From assembly GCA_964563935.1 (NCBI GenBank), contig CAZLZE010000004.1:6514-70513 (forward strand): a stretch of DNA of 64,000 nt. Direction: 5' to 3'. A model generated the notes under the pieces. That model saw nothing but the letters and a program-made list of their open reading frames with translations. It had not been told where the DNA came from and made no database searches. Below, piece by piece: positions 39,948 through 48,954 of this stretch (position 1 is its first letter; each line of letters begins with the position of its first letter). The position numbers and the translations under genes were made by a program. The DNA comes from an uncultured Phycisphaerae bacterium. GTDB lineage: Bacteria; Planctomycetota; Phycisphaerae; JAAYCJ01.

Positions 39948-41057
39948 ATGGCGAAACGAAAAATATTACATATTGCGGGCGCCGAAGCCTCCGGGTGGCT
40001 GATCGGACAACTAGCGGCACAGTATCGCCTGCTTCCGGATGAGTTGTTCGAGCAAACGATCGCCGCCGGCGAGGACCGCGTGGCCCGAATGATCGAGGAC
40101 CAGGTACTGCACCCGGCGGTTCGACTCCACCGGCGAATGCGGATCGAATACTCCGCCGCCCGAAACCTGGCAAGATTTCTCCGGCAGCACAATCCGGATC
40201 TCGTCGTCTGCTGGGATATTCAGGCGACGGAACAACTGAAGCTCGCCATGCGGGGAAGCCGACGACCTGCCCCCGCAGTCGCCATGCTGTTCAGTCCGAG
40301 CACAAACGAGGAACTGCTCTTCAAGCTCAAATCGAATTTCCACCACGTGGGCCTGCATCTGGTCTGCGGGTCCGAACGCCTCGCCCAGTGGGCAAGGCAG
40401 GAACTATCGATTCACCAGCGTCTGCACTGCGTCTACCCAGCCTTTGAGAAATCGGCAGAAAATCTGAGCAAAGACGCGATCCGTCTGCGTTTGGGGCTCA
40501 AACCCGAAGACGTCGTCGTGTTCGTCCCCACCGAAGGAAAAAACGAGGACATCCACCAGGCATTCATCGGCTGTGGAATTCTGGAGCGTATCAATCACAA
40601 GGTGCGGATCGTCATCGCGGAACACGATCCCGAACGGCTTTGGAATTTCCAGCGATTCATCGAGCAAACGATCGTACCCCGCATTCTTCATGTGGTCGAT
40701 CCGTCGAACATCCGCCTGGCGGTAGCGGCGGCCGATGCGGTCGTTCAGCCGATGACGTGCGTCACCGAGACCCTGGTCCTGCTGGAAGCACTCGGTCGCT
40801 GCGTTCCCGTGGTAACCAATTCCTGGGCAGAACCGGCGGAGCTTTTGAGACCTGGCGAAACCTTCTGGAATCTGGACAAGACCAATGGTCGGGCCATTGC
40901 CGGAGGACTCAACCACGTGCTGACCGACTCGGACCTTCGTTCGCGTCTGACAGCCGATGCTCGCGAGAGCGTCCAGCAAAAATGCTCGGAGGGCGAATAT
41001 CGGGCTCGCATCGTCAAACTGTATCAGCAATTGCTCACTCCACAGCTTGAGGCATAA
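39948..41057 (+). CDS. GT-B fold glycosyltransferase (GT4-like)
   Basis: 369 aa. The C-terminal half has the GT4-like 'E...E' region ('VQPMTCVTETLVLLEALGRCVPVVTN'). Confidence 0.6.
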   Translation: MAKRKILHIAGAEASGWLIGQLAAQYRLLPDELFEQTIAAGEDRVARMIEDQVLHPAVRLHRRMRIEYSAARNLARFLRQHNPDLVVCWDIQATEQLKLAMRGSRRPAPAVAMLFSPSTNEELLFKLKSNFHHVGLHLVCGSERLAQWARQELSIHQRLHCVYPAFEKSAENLSKDAIRLRLGLKPEDVVVFVPTEGKNEDIHQAFIGCGILERINHKVRIVIAEHDPERLWNFQRFIEQTIVPRILHVVDPSNIRLAVAAADAVVQPMTCVTETLVLLEALGRCVPVVTNSWAEPAELLRPGETFWNLDKTNGRAIAGGLNHVLTDSDLRSRLTADARESVQQKCSEGEYRARIVKLYQQLLTPQLEA

Positions 41058-41065
41058 AGAGTCAT

Positions 41066-42955
41066 ATGAAGATTTTCGATCTGCTTGAATCCTACAAAGT
41101 CGTCATCGGTGACGGCGCCCTGGGCACGCAGCTTCAGCAGGTGTCGCAGACGCCGGTGGAACTGCCGGAAACTTTCTGTCTTGACCCCGGCGGCCAGGAA
41201 TTGATCAAGCAGGTCCACCTGTCGTACATAGAAGCAGGCTCGCAGATCCTCGAGACCAACACCTTCGCCGCCAATCCGTGGCGACTGGCCCAGATCGGCC
41301 TGGCCGAACAGTGCGAGCCGATCAACCGGATCGCCGTTGAACTGGCCAAATCCGTGGCGGGAATCAAGGCCGCCGTGGTCGGATCCGTCGGACCCCTGGA
41401 CCTCGGATTGGGCGTCAAAGACTTCAGCGAATATCAACTGCGCGAGTACTATCACGCACAGGTCGAGACGCTGGCCCAAGCCGGCGTTGACGGCTTTTTC
41501 CTCGAAACGTTTTCCTCCGTCGACGAAGCCCGCGGCGCCCTGCTGGAAGTTCGGGAGACGGGCTTGCCCATCCTCTTTTCCCTCGGCGGATTGGCCCTTT
41601 GTCAACCCTACGCGCGGCGAACGGTACTGGACCTGATCGAATTGGCCGAACAGATGGGCGTGCAAGCCCTGGGCATCAACTGCGTCTCACCGTATGACTT
41701 GAGCCAACTCCTGCCCGTACTGGCCGAACGAACCAAACTGCCCCTGATGGCCTATCCCAACGCGGGAACACCGACCGTGCAGCGTGGAGTGGTCCGATAC
41801 GACCTGCCGACCGCCATTCTGCTCTCCGAGGCGCGGACCTGGTACCAAGCCGGCGTAAAAATCATCGGCGGATGCTGCGGAACGGCCCCGGAACACATCA
41901 AGGCGCTCCAGAGAGAGTTTGGCGAACTCTCCGTCAAAAGCCGAACGGGGCGATTCACCATCGACATGCCCGCAGAGAAGACCGTTGCACGAACGGAGAA
42001 TCTGGGGGCCATTCCGCAGGAACAAAACCCCCTCCGTCGTGTCCTCCGCGACGCCCCTCGGCCGCTGGTGGCCGTGGAAATCCGCGCGAGCCTCAATAGA
42101 CCGCTGGCCGAGACGATCCAGGCCGCGAAAGTCGTCGCCGACGCCAGGCCGGACTTCTTCGACGTGCCCGACAATCCCGGAGCCAACCCCGGGCGCGATT
42201 GCGTCGCCTGCGCCTTTCTTCTCCAGCAGCAATACGAAATTCCGACGATCATCCACAAATCCGCCACGCAAACCAACGCCCTGCACCTGCATTCGTATCT
42301 GCTCGGCGCCGCCGATCTCGGCGTCCGCGGCGTACTCGCGGTCACCGGCGACCCGCCCCACGTCGGCCCCTTCGACCGCTGGGCTTCACGGGTAAACGAC
42401 ATCAAAAGCTCGGTGGAACTGTTGCGTCTGATGACGCTGATGCGATCGGGCGAACTCCTGAGCGGTCAGCCGTTGCCGGAACCGGTGGACTTCCTCGCCG
42501 GGTGCGCCTATGCCCCGACGCTGAATCTCTCAAGCCAGACCCAGTGGCTCAAACGCAAGGTCCAGGCAGGCGCCGAATTCGTCTTCACTCAGCCGATCTA
42601 TCTCTACGAGGATTTCGACAAGATCCAAAAGGCCACGCTCGATATTCACATCCCCATGTTCATCGGAATCCTGCCCCTGACCTCAGCCCGACAGATCGCG
42701 TACCTTCGCTCAGGAAAAATCCCCGGCATCCAGGTCCCCGATCAGGCAGCCCAGTTCATTCTCCGCTACAACGACGCCGAATCGCAGGCCAAAGCCGGCA
42801 TGGAATACGCCGAACGCCTCATCGTCGAACTCGCCGAGCGGGCCTTCGGATTCTACCTCGTCATGCCCTTCCACAAAAACTGCTTCGAACTGTCCGCCGG
42901 ACTCGTCAAACGCATCGCGACCTTCAAAAAGAAAAAAACGTCGGGCGATAATTGA
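41066..42955 (+). CDS. yitJ: bifunctional homocysteine S-methyltransferase / 5,10-methylenetetrahydrofolate reductase (YitJ-type)
   Basis: N-terminal Hcy-binding domain with 'IIGGCCGT' zinc site. C-terminal MTHFR-like domain. 629 aa. Confidence 0.75.
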   Translation: MKIFDLLESYKVVIGDGALGTQLQQVSQTPVELPETFCLDPGGQELIKQVHLSYIEAGSQILETNTFAANPWRLAQIGLAEQCEPINRIAVELAKSVAGIKAAVVGSVGPLDLGLGVKDFSEYQLREYYHAQVETLAQAGVDGFFLETFSSVDEARGALLEVRETGLPILFSLGGLALCQPYARRTVLDLIELAEQMGVQALGINCVSPYDLSQLLPVLAERTKLPLMAYPNAGTPTVQRGVVRYDLPTAILLSEARTWYQAGVKIIGGCCGTAPEHIKALQREFGELSVKSRTGRFTIDMPAEKTVARTENLGAIPQEQNPLRRVLRDAPRPLVAVEIRASLNRPLAETIQAAKVVADARPDFFDVPDNPGANPGRDCVACAFLLQQQYEIPTIIHKSATQTNALHLHSYLLGAADLGVRGVLAVTGDPPHVGPFDRWASRVNDIKSSVELLRLMTLMRSGELLSGQPLPEPVDFLAGCAYAPTLNLSSQTQWLKRKVQAGAEFVFTQPIYLYEDFDKIQKATLDIHIPMFIGILPLTSARQIAYLRSGKIPGIQVPDQAAQFILRYNDAESQAKAGMEYAERLIVELAERAFGFYLVMPFHKNCFELSAGLVKRIATFKKKKTSGDN

Positions 42956-42956
42956 A

Positions 42957-42985
42957 GATAGCTATCAGCCGTCAGCTTTCAGCTT
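42957..42985 (+). repeat. solo copy of the dispersed AGCT-rich repeat
   Basis: GATAGCTATCAGCCGTCAGCTTTCAGCTT, right after the yitJ stop. Shares 'TCAGCTTTCAGCTT' and 'GCTATCAGC' with the repeats flanking 59074-59433. Confidence 0.5.
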
Positions 42986-43022
42986 CAATAACCCACCTCA
43001 TAGAATCTTCCGTTTGAAGGAC

Positions 43023-43083
43023 TTGACAGGCGGGGAGATTCTTCGTATACTGAATGCAACATTATGCAACATCTTATGCAACA
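43023..43083 (+). promoter_or_regulatory. sigma70 promoter followed by three direct repeats of ATGCAACA
   Basis: TTGACA (43023-43028), 17-nt spacer, TATACT (43046-43051). Then ATGCAACA at 43054, 43064 and 43076, one helical turn apart, upstream of the LacI-family gene. Confidence 0.55.
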
Positions 43084-43106
43084 CATAGTCGGCAGGACAC
43101 GACCAA

Positions 43107-44159
43107 ATGACTGTAAGCACCAATAATACATCCATTTACACACTCAGCAAAGAGCTGGGCATATCGACGGCAACCGTGTCCCGTGCCCTCAAGAACCACC
43201 CAGCCATCAGCGCCGCTGTACGCAAAAAGGTCCAGGCCGCCGCACGCAAATGCAACTACCGGCCGAAGTTCGTCCGCACGCGAATCACTAATCTGTGCGT
43301 CCTGATCCAGCAATACGACGAGCATCCCCTGGACTTCGGGTCCTTCATCTCGCGCGTCCTCGAGGGCGTCGCCGAGTATTGCCGCCAGGAAGAACTGGAA
43401 ATGAGCCTCTTCAGCGCACACGTTCGCGAACTCAATCAGTACGACATCGTTCGAGAACTCCGCCGACGAAACGCGGACGGCGCTGTAGTCCTCCGGGCAA
43501 CCAGCCAGAGCCGATACCTGCCCCAAATGGACGCCCAGGAATTCCCCTACTTCTGCCTGCTCGCCAACGACGGAAACGCGTCCGAAAAACTGCTGTCGAT
43601 CGATGAAGAAAAACTGGCGCATGAGGCGGTAAGTCATCTGGTCGAACTGGGACATCGTCGGATCGGAGCCTTGGTGACCTCGCCGATGACCACTGCCGGC
43701 CAGTTGCGCCTGAAGGGATACCGGCGAGCACTGAAAGAGCACAAGATCGAACCGATAGAGTCACTGGTCTTCACGGCCGACGCCAAGATTCACTGTGGCG
43801 GACTGCCGTTCGGAGTGTTGGGAATTGACGCGCTGCTGTCCCGCGAACCGAACCTGACAGCTGTGTTCACCACATGCGAGGAAAGCGCACGCGGAGCGAT
43901 CTTCCGATTGAATGAGCGAGGAATCGCCGTTCCGGACCGGATGTCCGTCGTCGGGTTCGACGATTTTCCAGGCACAGCCTACACTTGGCCGCCGCTGACC
44001 ACAGTTCGCATTCCGTACCTGGCCATCGGATACGAAGGGGCAAGGCAGGTCCACCGCCTGACCCGAGGACTGCCCGTGCTCATCGATGACGAGGTCAAAC
44101 GCAAAACAGCCGGTGAATTGGTGATCCGGGGAACAACGGGAAGAATTGCTGATTGCTGA
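43107..44159 (+). CDS. LacI-family transcriptional regulator
   Basis: N-terminal HTH 'IYTLSKELGISTATVSRALKN' and a PBP type-1 sugar-binding core. 350 aa. Confidence 0.8.
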   Translation: MTVSTNNTSIYTLSKELGISTATVSRALKNHPAISAAVRKKVQAAARKCNYRPKFVRTRITNLCVLIQQYDEHPLDFGSFISRVLEGVAEYCRQEELEMSLFSAHVRELNQYDIVRELRRRNADGAVVLRATSQSRYLPQMDAQEFPYFCLLANDGNASEKLLSIDEEKLAHEAVSHLVELGHRRIGALVTSPMTTAGQLRLKGYRRALKEHKIEPIESLVFTADAKIHCGGLPFGVLGIDALLSREPNLTAVFTTCEESARGAIFRLNERGIAVPDRMSVVGFDDFPGTAYTWPPLTTVRIPYLAIGYEGARQVHRLTRGLPVLIDDEVKRKTAGELVIRGTTGRIADC

Positions 44160-44183
44160 TTGCTGATTGTTAATTGCTAATTG
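44145..44183 (+). repeat. tandem heptamer repeat (ATTGCTG x3, ATTGTTA, ATTGCTA, ATTG)
   Basis: Counted directly. Overlaps the last codons and stop of the LacI-family gene. Confidence 0.8.
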
Positions 44184-44195
44184 AAGGAGAAGAAT

Positions 44196-44921
44196 ATGAA
44201 GAAACTGTCCAACCGGCAAAGCTCCGCCAATCAACAATTAACAATCAGCAATCAACAATCGTTCACCCTCATCGAACTCCTCGTCGTTATCGCCATCATC
44301 GCCGTACTCGTAGCCCTGCTCCTGCCGGCGCTCCAGCGGGCACGCGATGAAGCGAAGACTTTACGCTGCAAGAGCCAATTGCGGCAGTTGGGTACCGCGA
44401 TGGTGATCTACCAGAATGACTTCAAATATCTCCCCTACTATTTCGGGGCCCTGAAGGCAGACTTGACCGTTGACCCGACAAAATGGGCGCACCGGTACAT
44501 TGCAGACCCGCGACTGGTCGTCTGCCCGGGCGACCCGTGGGGCGGATCAGAACCGTACCAGGGACCAGGTTTCACGGACCCGAAATATAACTACCTTGAA
44601 CAGCGATGGTATTGGACCCCACCGTGCTCGTATTGGAGCCCGTTGAATCATTACATGGCTTGGCTGGGAAGCAAGGCGTTCGCCGACAGGTTCATGATCG
44701 AGTACAGCGGGGGTTTTGTCAGGCCCGAAGACAGATTGGACCCGGGACAGGACTACATGGGACAAGACTGCACATACATTCGGTGCATGAACGACGGCTA
44801 TGTTCGGCATCCGGGTCGTACGTCCATTCATCTGTCACCCTCGGGTCGCGTGACAGATTTCCGCTCGTCAGCTTCGAATCCCTGGGAATGGCCTGGGTGG
44901 TATCGAATGGATCGATATTAA
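44196..44921 (+). CDS. prepilin-type N-terminal cleavage/methylation-domain protein (DUF1559-like)
   Basis: '[28 protein letters not shown]' class-III signal with an unusual 22-aa leader ending NQQS. Start at the ATG at 44196, with GAAGGAGAAG upstream. Confidence 0.7.
   Translation: MKKLSNRQSSANQQLTISNQQSFTLIELLVVIAIIAVLVALLLPALQRARDEAKTLRCKSQLRQLGTAMVIYQNDFKYLPYYFGALKADLTVDPTKWAHRYIADPRLVVCPGDPWGGSEPYQGPGFTDPKYNYLEQRWYWTPPCSYWSPLNHYMAWLGSKAFADRFMIEYSGGFVRPEDRLDPGQDYMGQDCTYIRCMNDGYVRHPGRTSIHLSPSGRVTDFRSSASNPWEWPGWYRMDRY
44228..44261 (+). repeat. tandem heptamer repeat (CAATCAA-type), inverse complement of the upstream repeat
   Basis: The reverse complement matches 44151-44183 at about 31/34 positions. 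It lies within the codons for the prepilin leader. Confidence 0.75.
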
Positions 44922-45074
44922 AAGATCCTGTAGGACTACCCGAACGTCATCCTGAGCAAAGCGAAGGATCTGGAGTCTACCGCGCAGTGGATTGTCCATG
45001 CACACAGGCGGCTAGATGCTTCGCTTCACTCAGCATGACATTGGAAACACAACGTAACCAGAAAGGAAAATCAC

Positions 45075-46910
45075 ATGCGTTTCATCAGCGTCATCAGCCT
45101 GACATTGTTGATATCGAGCGTCAGTCTTGCGACGAACCTAATACCCAATCAAAGCGAATTCTCCATCGAACAGAAAGACCAAAAAGGCGAGGCTGGTAAA
45201 TGGTTCGACAAGGTCAAAGTCCCAGCCGGGACAAAAACCTTGTACTGCTCTGCCTGGGTCAAAACGCAGAACGTCACCGGCGACGACGGATCCCTGCACC
45301 TGTGGCTGACCGTGTTCGACAAGTCAGGCAAGGAAATCACCAAGACGGCGTGGGAAAAAATCAAGGATACCCCCGCCGTATGGCGAAAAGTCCGGGCCGC
45401 GGTCGCCATTCCCGAAAACGCGGATTCCGCACAGATGGGATTCCAACTATACAAAGCTTCCGGGAAGACATGGGTAAAACACGTGGTCCTTGAAACCGAA
45501 GATTTCGGAACAGTGACCGCGCATTTCAAGAATAACCAACGGTTCTTTGATGCCGGCAAGACAATCGAGTTTGAACTCCAGAGCACCCGGACAGGTTCGG
45601 TCCAGATTCTTGATTTCGACGAGAAGGTCGTACGGAACATCCCTCTGGAAAAGTCCAAGCGAACCGCGGTGAAGATCGAGAAAGCGGAATCGGGAGTCTA
45701 TTGGATCACCGACGGCGGCGTGTACATCGACAGCTTCGCCGTCCTGGTTCCAGTCAAGCCCCTGGCCAACCCCGAAGACAGCAAATTCGGTGTCCACTAT
45801 GCCTATATCGATCAAGACCCTGGATACCATGTCCCAAAACTCGACATTTTTCAGAAAATCGGCGCAGTATGGCTTCGATGCACCACGATGAGCCCTGAAT
45901 TGGACGCCGACCCGCAAAAACGCCTCTGGCCGGCGCGTGACCGCTTCATCGATGAGGCAACCCAAAGAGGATTGAACACGTATTCCTTCTTTGAATACAT
46001 CAACTTCCCCTATCCTCACCAGGGCCAGTGGAAGAACCCGAAAGTGTCGGCCTTAATGGAACGATACGTCATCCAACACCCAAATCTGAAGTACTTTGAA
46101 GTCTGGAACGAGCCGAATGGCAAGAACGTATCGATTGAGGAATATTTCAATCTGCACAAAAACTTCCACGCGGCGGTCAAGAAGGCCAATCCCAAGGCCG
46201 TCGTGGTTCACGGCGCCATGGCTGGCGCGGGTTTTTCCGGCCAGTGGGACTGCGAACTGGCCAACGTATGGCAAGACAAGCTCCTGAAAATGGGGATCGA
46301 CAAATACACCGACATCTACAACATTCACTTCTATCCCTACCAGTGGAATACCCGCGATTTTGTCGACAAGCATATGATGACGGTCTATCGAAAACACGGC
46401 GTTAAAAAACCAGTCTGGGTAACCGAAAACGGCATGGCGGCGGAAATGAACAACATAGCCCAACAGCGAGCCCAGGCTGAGTATCTGGCCCGAAGCGCCG
46501 TGACGTGTCTGGCGCTTGGCGTGGAAAAATACTTCTGGTTCCTCGCGTTCGACCATCCGGCATTCAGCTATGGATTGATCGACGAAGAACTTCGGCCCAA
46601 GGCGATATGCGTGACGTATGGCGTCATGTCGCAAATGCTGAACAACGCGCGGTTCGTCAAGAAACTGAACCTCGATTATCGCGGCGCGGAAGGATACGAG
46701 TTCTCCAGCCCGGGTCAGACCGTCACCGTGCTCTGGTCCAAAGGCAAGCCCACTCGCGCCGTCGCCAAGGAACTTCTTCCATCTCCATTCGTGGCCAGGA
46801 AATGGATGACGGTCGACCTGATGGGACGGGAACATCAAATCTCCTGGGAAGGAGAAGACATCCCCATTACCACCGCCCCCATTTTTCTCGTGTGCCGCAA
46901 AACAGAATGA
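45075..46910 (+). CDS. secreted clan GH-A glycoside hydrolase (GH39/GH5/GH1-like catalytic motifs) with an N-terminal beta-sandwich domain
   Basis: Signal peptide. 'FEVWNEPN' (acid/base) and 'VWVTENGM' (nucleophile). 611 aa. Confidence 0.6.
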   Translation: MRFISVISLTLLISSVSLATNLIPNQSEFSIEQKDQKGEAGKWFDKVKVPAGTKTLYCSAWVKTQNVTGDDGSLHLWLTVFDKSGKEITKTAWEKIKDTPAVWRKVRAAVAIPENADSAQMGFQLYKASGKTWVKHVVLETEDFGTVTAHFKNNQRFFDAGKTIEFELQSTRTGSVQILDFDEKVVRNIPLEKSKRTAVKIEKAESGVYWITDGGVYIDSFAVLVPVKPLANPEDSKFGVHYAYIDQDPGYHVPKLDIFQKIGAVWLRCTTMSPELDADPQKRLWPARDRFIDEATQRGLNTYSFFEYINFPYPHQGQWKNPKVSALMERYVIQHPNLKYFEVWNEPNGKNVSIEEYFNLHKNFHAAVKKANPKAVVVHGAMAGAGFSGQWDCELANVWQDKLLKMGIDKYTDIYNIHFYPYQWNTRDFVDKHMMTVYRKHGVKKPVWVTENGMAAEMNNIAQQRAQAEYLARSAVTCLALGVEKYFWFLAFDHPAFSYGLIDEELRPKAICVTYGVMSQMLNNARFVKKLNLDYRGAEGYEFSSPGQTVTVLWSKGKPTRAVAKELLPSPFVARKWMTVDLMGREHQISWEGEDIPITTAPIFLVCRKTE

Positions 46911-46998
46911 TGGAACTGGCGGGAAGATTTGGTAAAATCACTTCCTTTATTTTCAGGTGTTCTGGACATATAAGAACGAAACAGGCAGGTATGCGATA

Positions 46999-48939
46999 AT
47001 GTCGAAGACAATTCATGATTTGAACGGCGGCTGGGAATTCACGTGGACGAGTTACTGCGGTAAGGATCGCGGCATCCTGAGAGAGCAGGAAAATTGGGTG
47101 CGAAAGTGGCTCCCTGCCACGGTCCCTGGAAATGTGCAGTCGGACCTGGAAAAGGCCGGACTGGTCGAAGACCCCTTCTTCGCCGATAACGCCGACCATC
47201 TCCGCTGGTGCGAAGAGGTCGATTTCTGGTACCGGCGATCGATCGGACCGGTGGACGTCCCCCACGGAGCACGGGCCATTCTGCACTTCGACGGTCTGGA
47301 CTGCTTCGCGACCGTCTGGATCGACGGCCGGCCCGTCGGCAAGCACGACAATATGTTCGTCCCCTACTGGATCGACGTGACCGACCATATCCGCTCTGAT
47401 CGACCGGTGCAGATCATGATCCGCCTGGCGTCGGTGTCCCAGGAGACGGAAGTCTCCCACCGCGACCCGATCAGCACGCCGCCCATGCAGCGAATCCGCA
47501 GTCGCAAACCGCAAATCAGCTTCGGATGGGATATCGGTCCGCGAATCGTCACCGTCGGACTCTGGCGACCGGTTCGGCTGGAGATCATCGAACGCGGACG
47601 GATCCTCCACGCCGGGGCACGCACTGTAGATGTCGCAGGCAATACAGCCAAAATGGAAGTCGTCGCCACCATCGACTGGCACAGTCGCCCGGGAACAGGC
47701 AAAATCACAGGCCAATTCGGTCCCGTGAAGATCGAACAGACGGTGGACCTGACCGGCGGCGAAAACGACGTCATCATTCCGTTTGAAATTTCGAGTGCAG
47801 AACTCTGGTGGCCAAAAGGGCACGGCAAACCGCACCTGTACAACTTCGAGCTGACCCTCAGCGACGAAAAGTCCAAAGTCCTGGACCAGTCCACAGGCCG
47901 ATTCGGCGTCTGCAAAATCCAGATGCTCGAAGAACCCCGCACCGACGGCGGACTCGGACTCCGATTCAAGATCAACAACAAGGACTACTTCATCAAGGGA
48001 ATCAACTGGACGCCCTGCGATTCCATGTTCGGGCGCATCACCGACGACCGAATCCGCGAACTGGTCAAAACCGCCTCCGAAGCCAACATCAACATGCTCC
48101 GCGTCTGGGGCGGCGGCGTCTACGAACCCAAAAGCTTCTTTGACGCCTGCGACGAGCAAGGTCTGCTCGTCTGGCAGGACTTCCTCTTCGCCTGCTCACA
48201 CTTCCCGCAGGACAGCGAATTCCTGAACATGATCCGATACGAAGCCGCCAAGGTCGTCCGCGCCTTCCGCGGACACGTCTCGATGGCTGTCTGGTCGGGC
48301 GATAACGAAATCGACTTGTGCTGCGGAGCCGACGGGGGCGTGGTCATCTCCCGACGAGTCCTGCCCGAAGTCCTCAAGAAACTCGACCCCCATCGACCCT
48401 ACATCATCAGCAGCCCATATTCCACGCCCGGCAACGATCCCAACGATCCTCGCTATGGCGACTGTCACCTGTGGAACCATACCGTCCGCCCGGATGACCC
48501 GTTCTACACAAAATATTCAGCCAATATCGTCAGCGAAATCGGACGAATCTCTCTGCCAAGCCAGAAAACGATCGACTCCTTCATTCCCAAGGACAAGCAG
48601 TGGCCCGTACGCAATCCGCTCTGGTACTATCATTCGAGCGACACGAACCGCTGGGGCTGGTACCGAAATATCGACAGTGTCCTGGAGTGCGTGAAAAACA
48701 ACGGTTACCCCGAACCCAAGTCGCTGTCCGAGTTGATCGAAGTGACGCAGAAAATCCAGGCCGACGCCTGCCGATTCTGGATCGAGCATTACGGACAAGA
48801 CAAGCAGTGCTGGGGGCTGCTCCTGTGGAACCTCTGCGACTGCTGGCCTCAGGTCTCCGACGCCGTAATCAGCTACAACCTCGACAAAAAACCGGCGTAC
48901 TTCGCCATCAAAGACGCCTACGGGAAGCTCAATCGCTGA
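46999..48939 (+). CDS. glycoside hydrolase family 2 (beta-mannosidase-like)
   Basis: 'LNGGWEF' N-terminal sugar-binding domain. 'WSGDNEI' acid/base region. About 646 aa. Cytoplasmic. Confidence 0.7.
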   Translation: MSKTIHDLNGGWEFTWTSYCGKDRGILREQENWVRKWLPATVPGNVQSDLEKAGLVEDPFFADNADHLRWCEEVDFWYRRSIGPVDVPHGARAILHFDGLDCFATVWIDGRPVGKHDNMFVPYWIDVTDHIRSDRPVQIMIRLASVSQETEVSHRDPISTPPMQRIRSRKPQISFGWDIGPRIVTVGLWRPVRLEIIERGRILHAGARTVDVAGNTAKMEVVATIDWHSRPGTGKITGQFGPVKIEQTVDLTGGENDVIIPFEISSAELWWPKGHGKPHLYNFELTLSDEKSKVLDQSTGRFGVCKIQMLEEPRTDGGLGLRFKINNKDYFIKGINWTPCDSMFGRITDDRIRELVKTASEANINMLRVWGGGVYEPKSFFDACDEQGLLVWQDFLFACSHFPQDSEFLNMIRYEAAKVVRAFRGHVSMAVWSGDNEIDLCCGADGGVVISRRVLPEVLKKLDPHRPYIISSPYSTPGNDPNDPRYGDCHLWNHTVRPDDPFYTKYSANIVSEIGRISLPSQKTIDSFIPKDKQWPVRNPLWYYHSSDTNRWGWYRNIDSVLECVKNNGYPEPKSLSELIEVTQKIQADACRFWIEHYGQDKQCWGLLLWNLCDCWPQVSDAVISYNLDKKPAYFAIKDAYGKLNR

Positions 48940-48954
48940 CCGGCGACCTGAAGC

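Noticed and set aside
44145-44261. CRISPR array?
   Set aside because: The repeats are 7-nt tandem units with no spacers, and no cas genes are present. They are microsatellite-like, not CRISPR.
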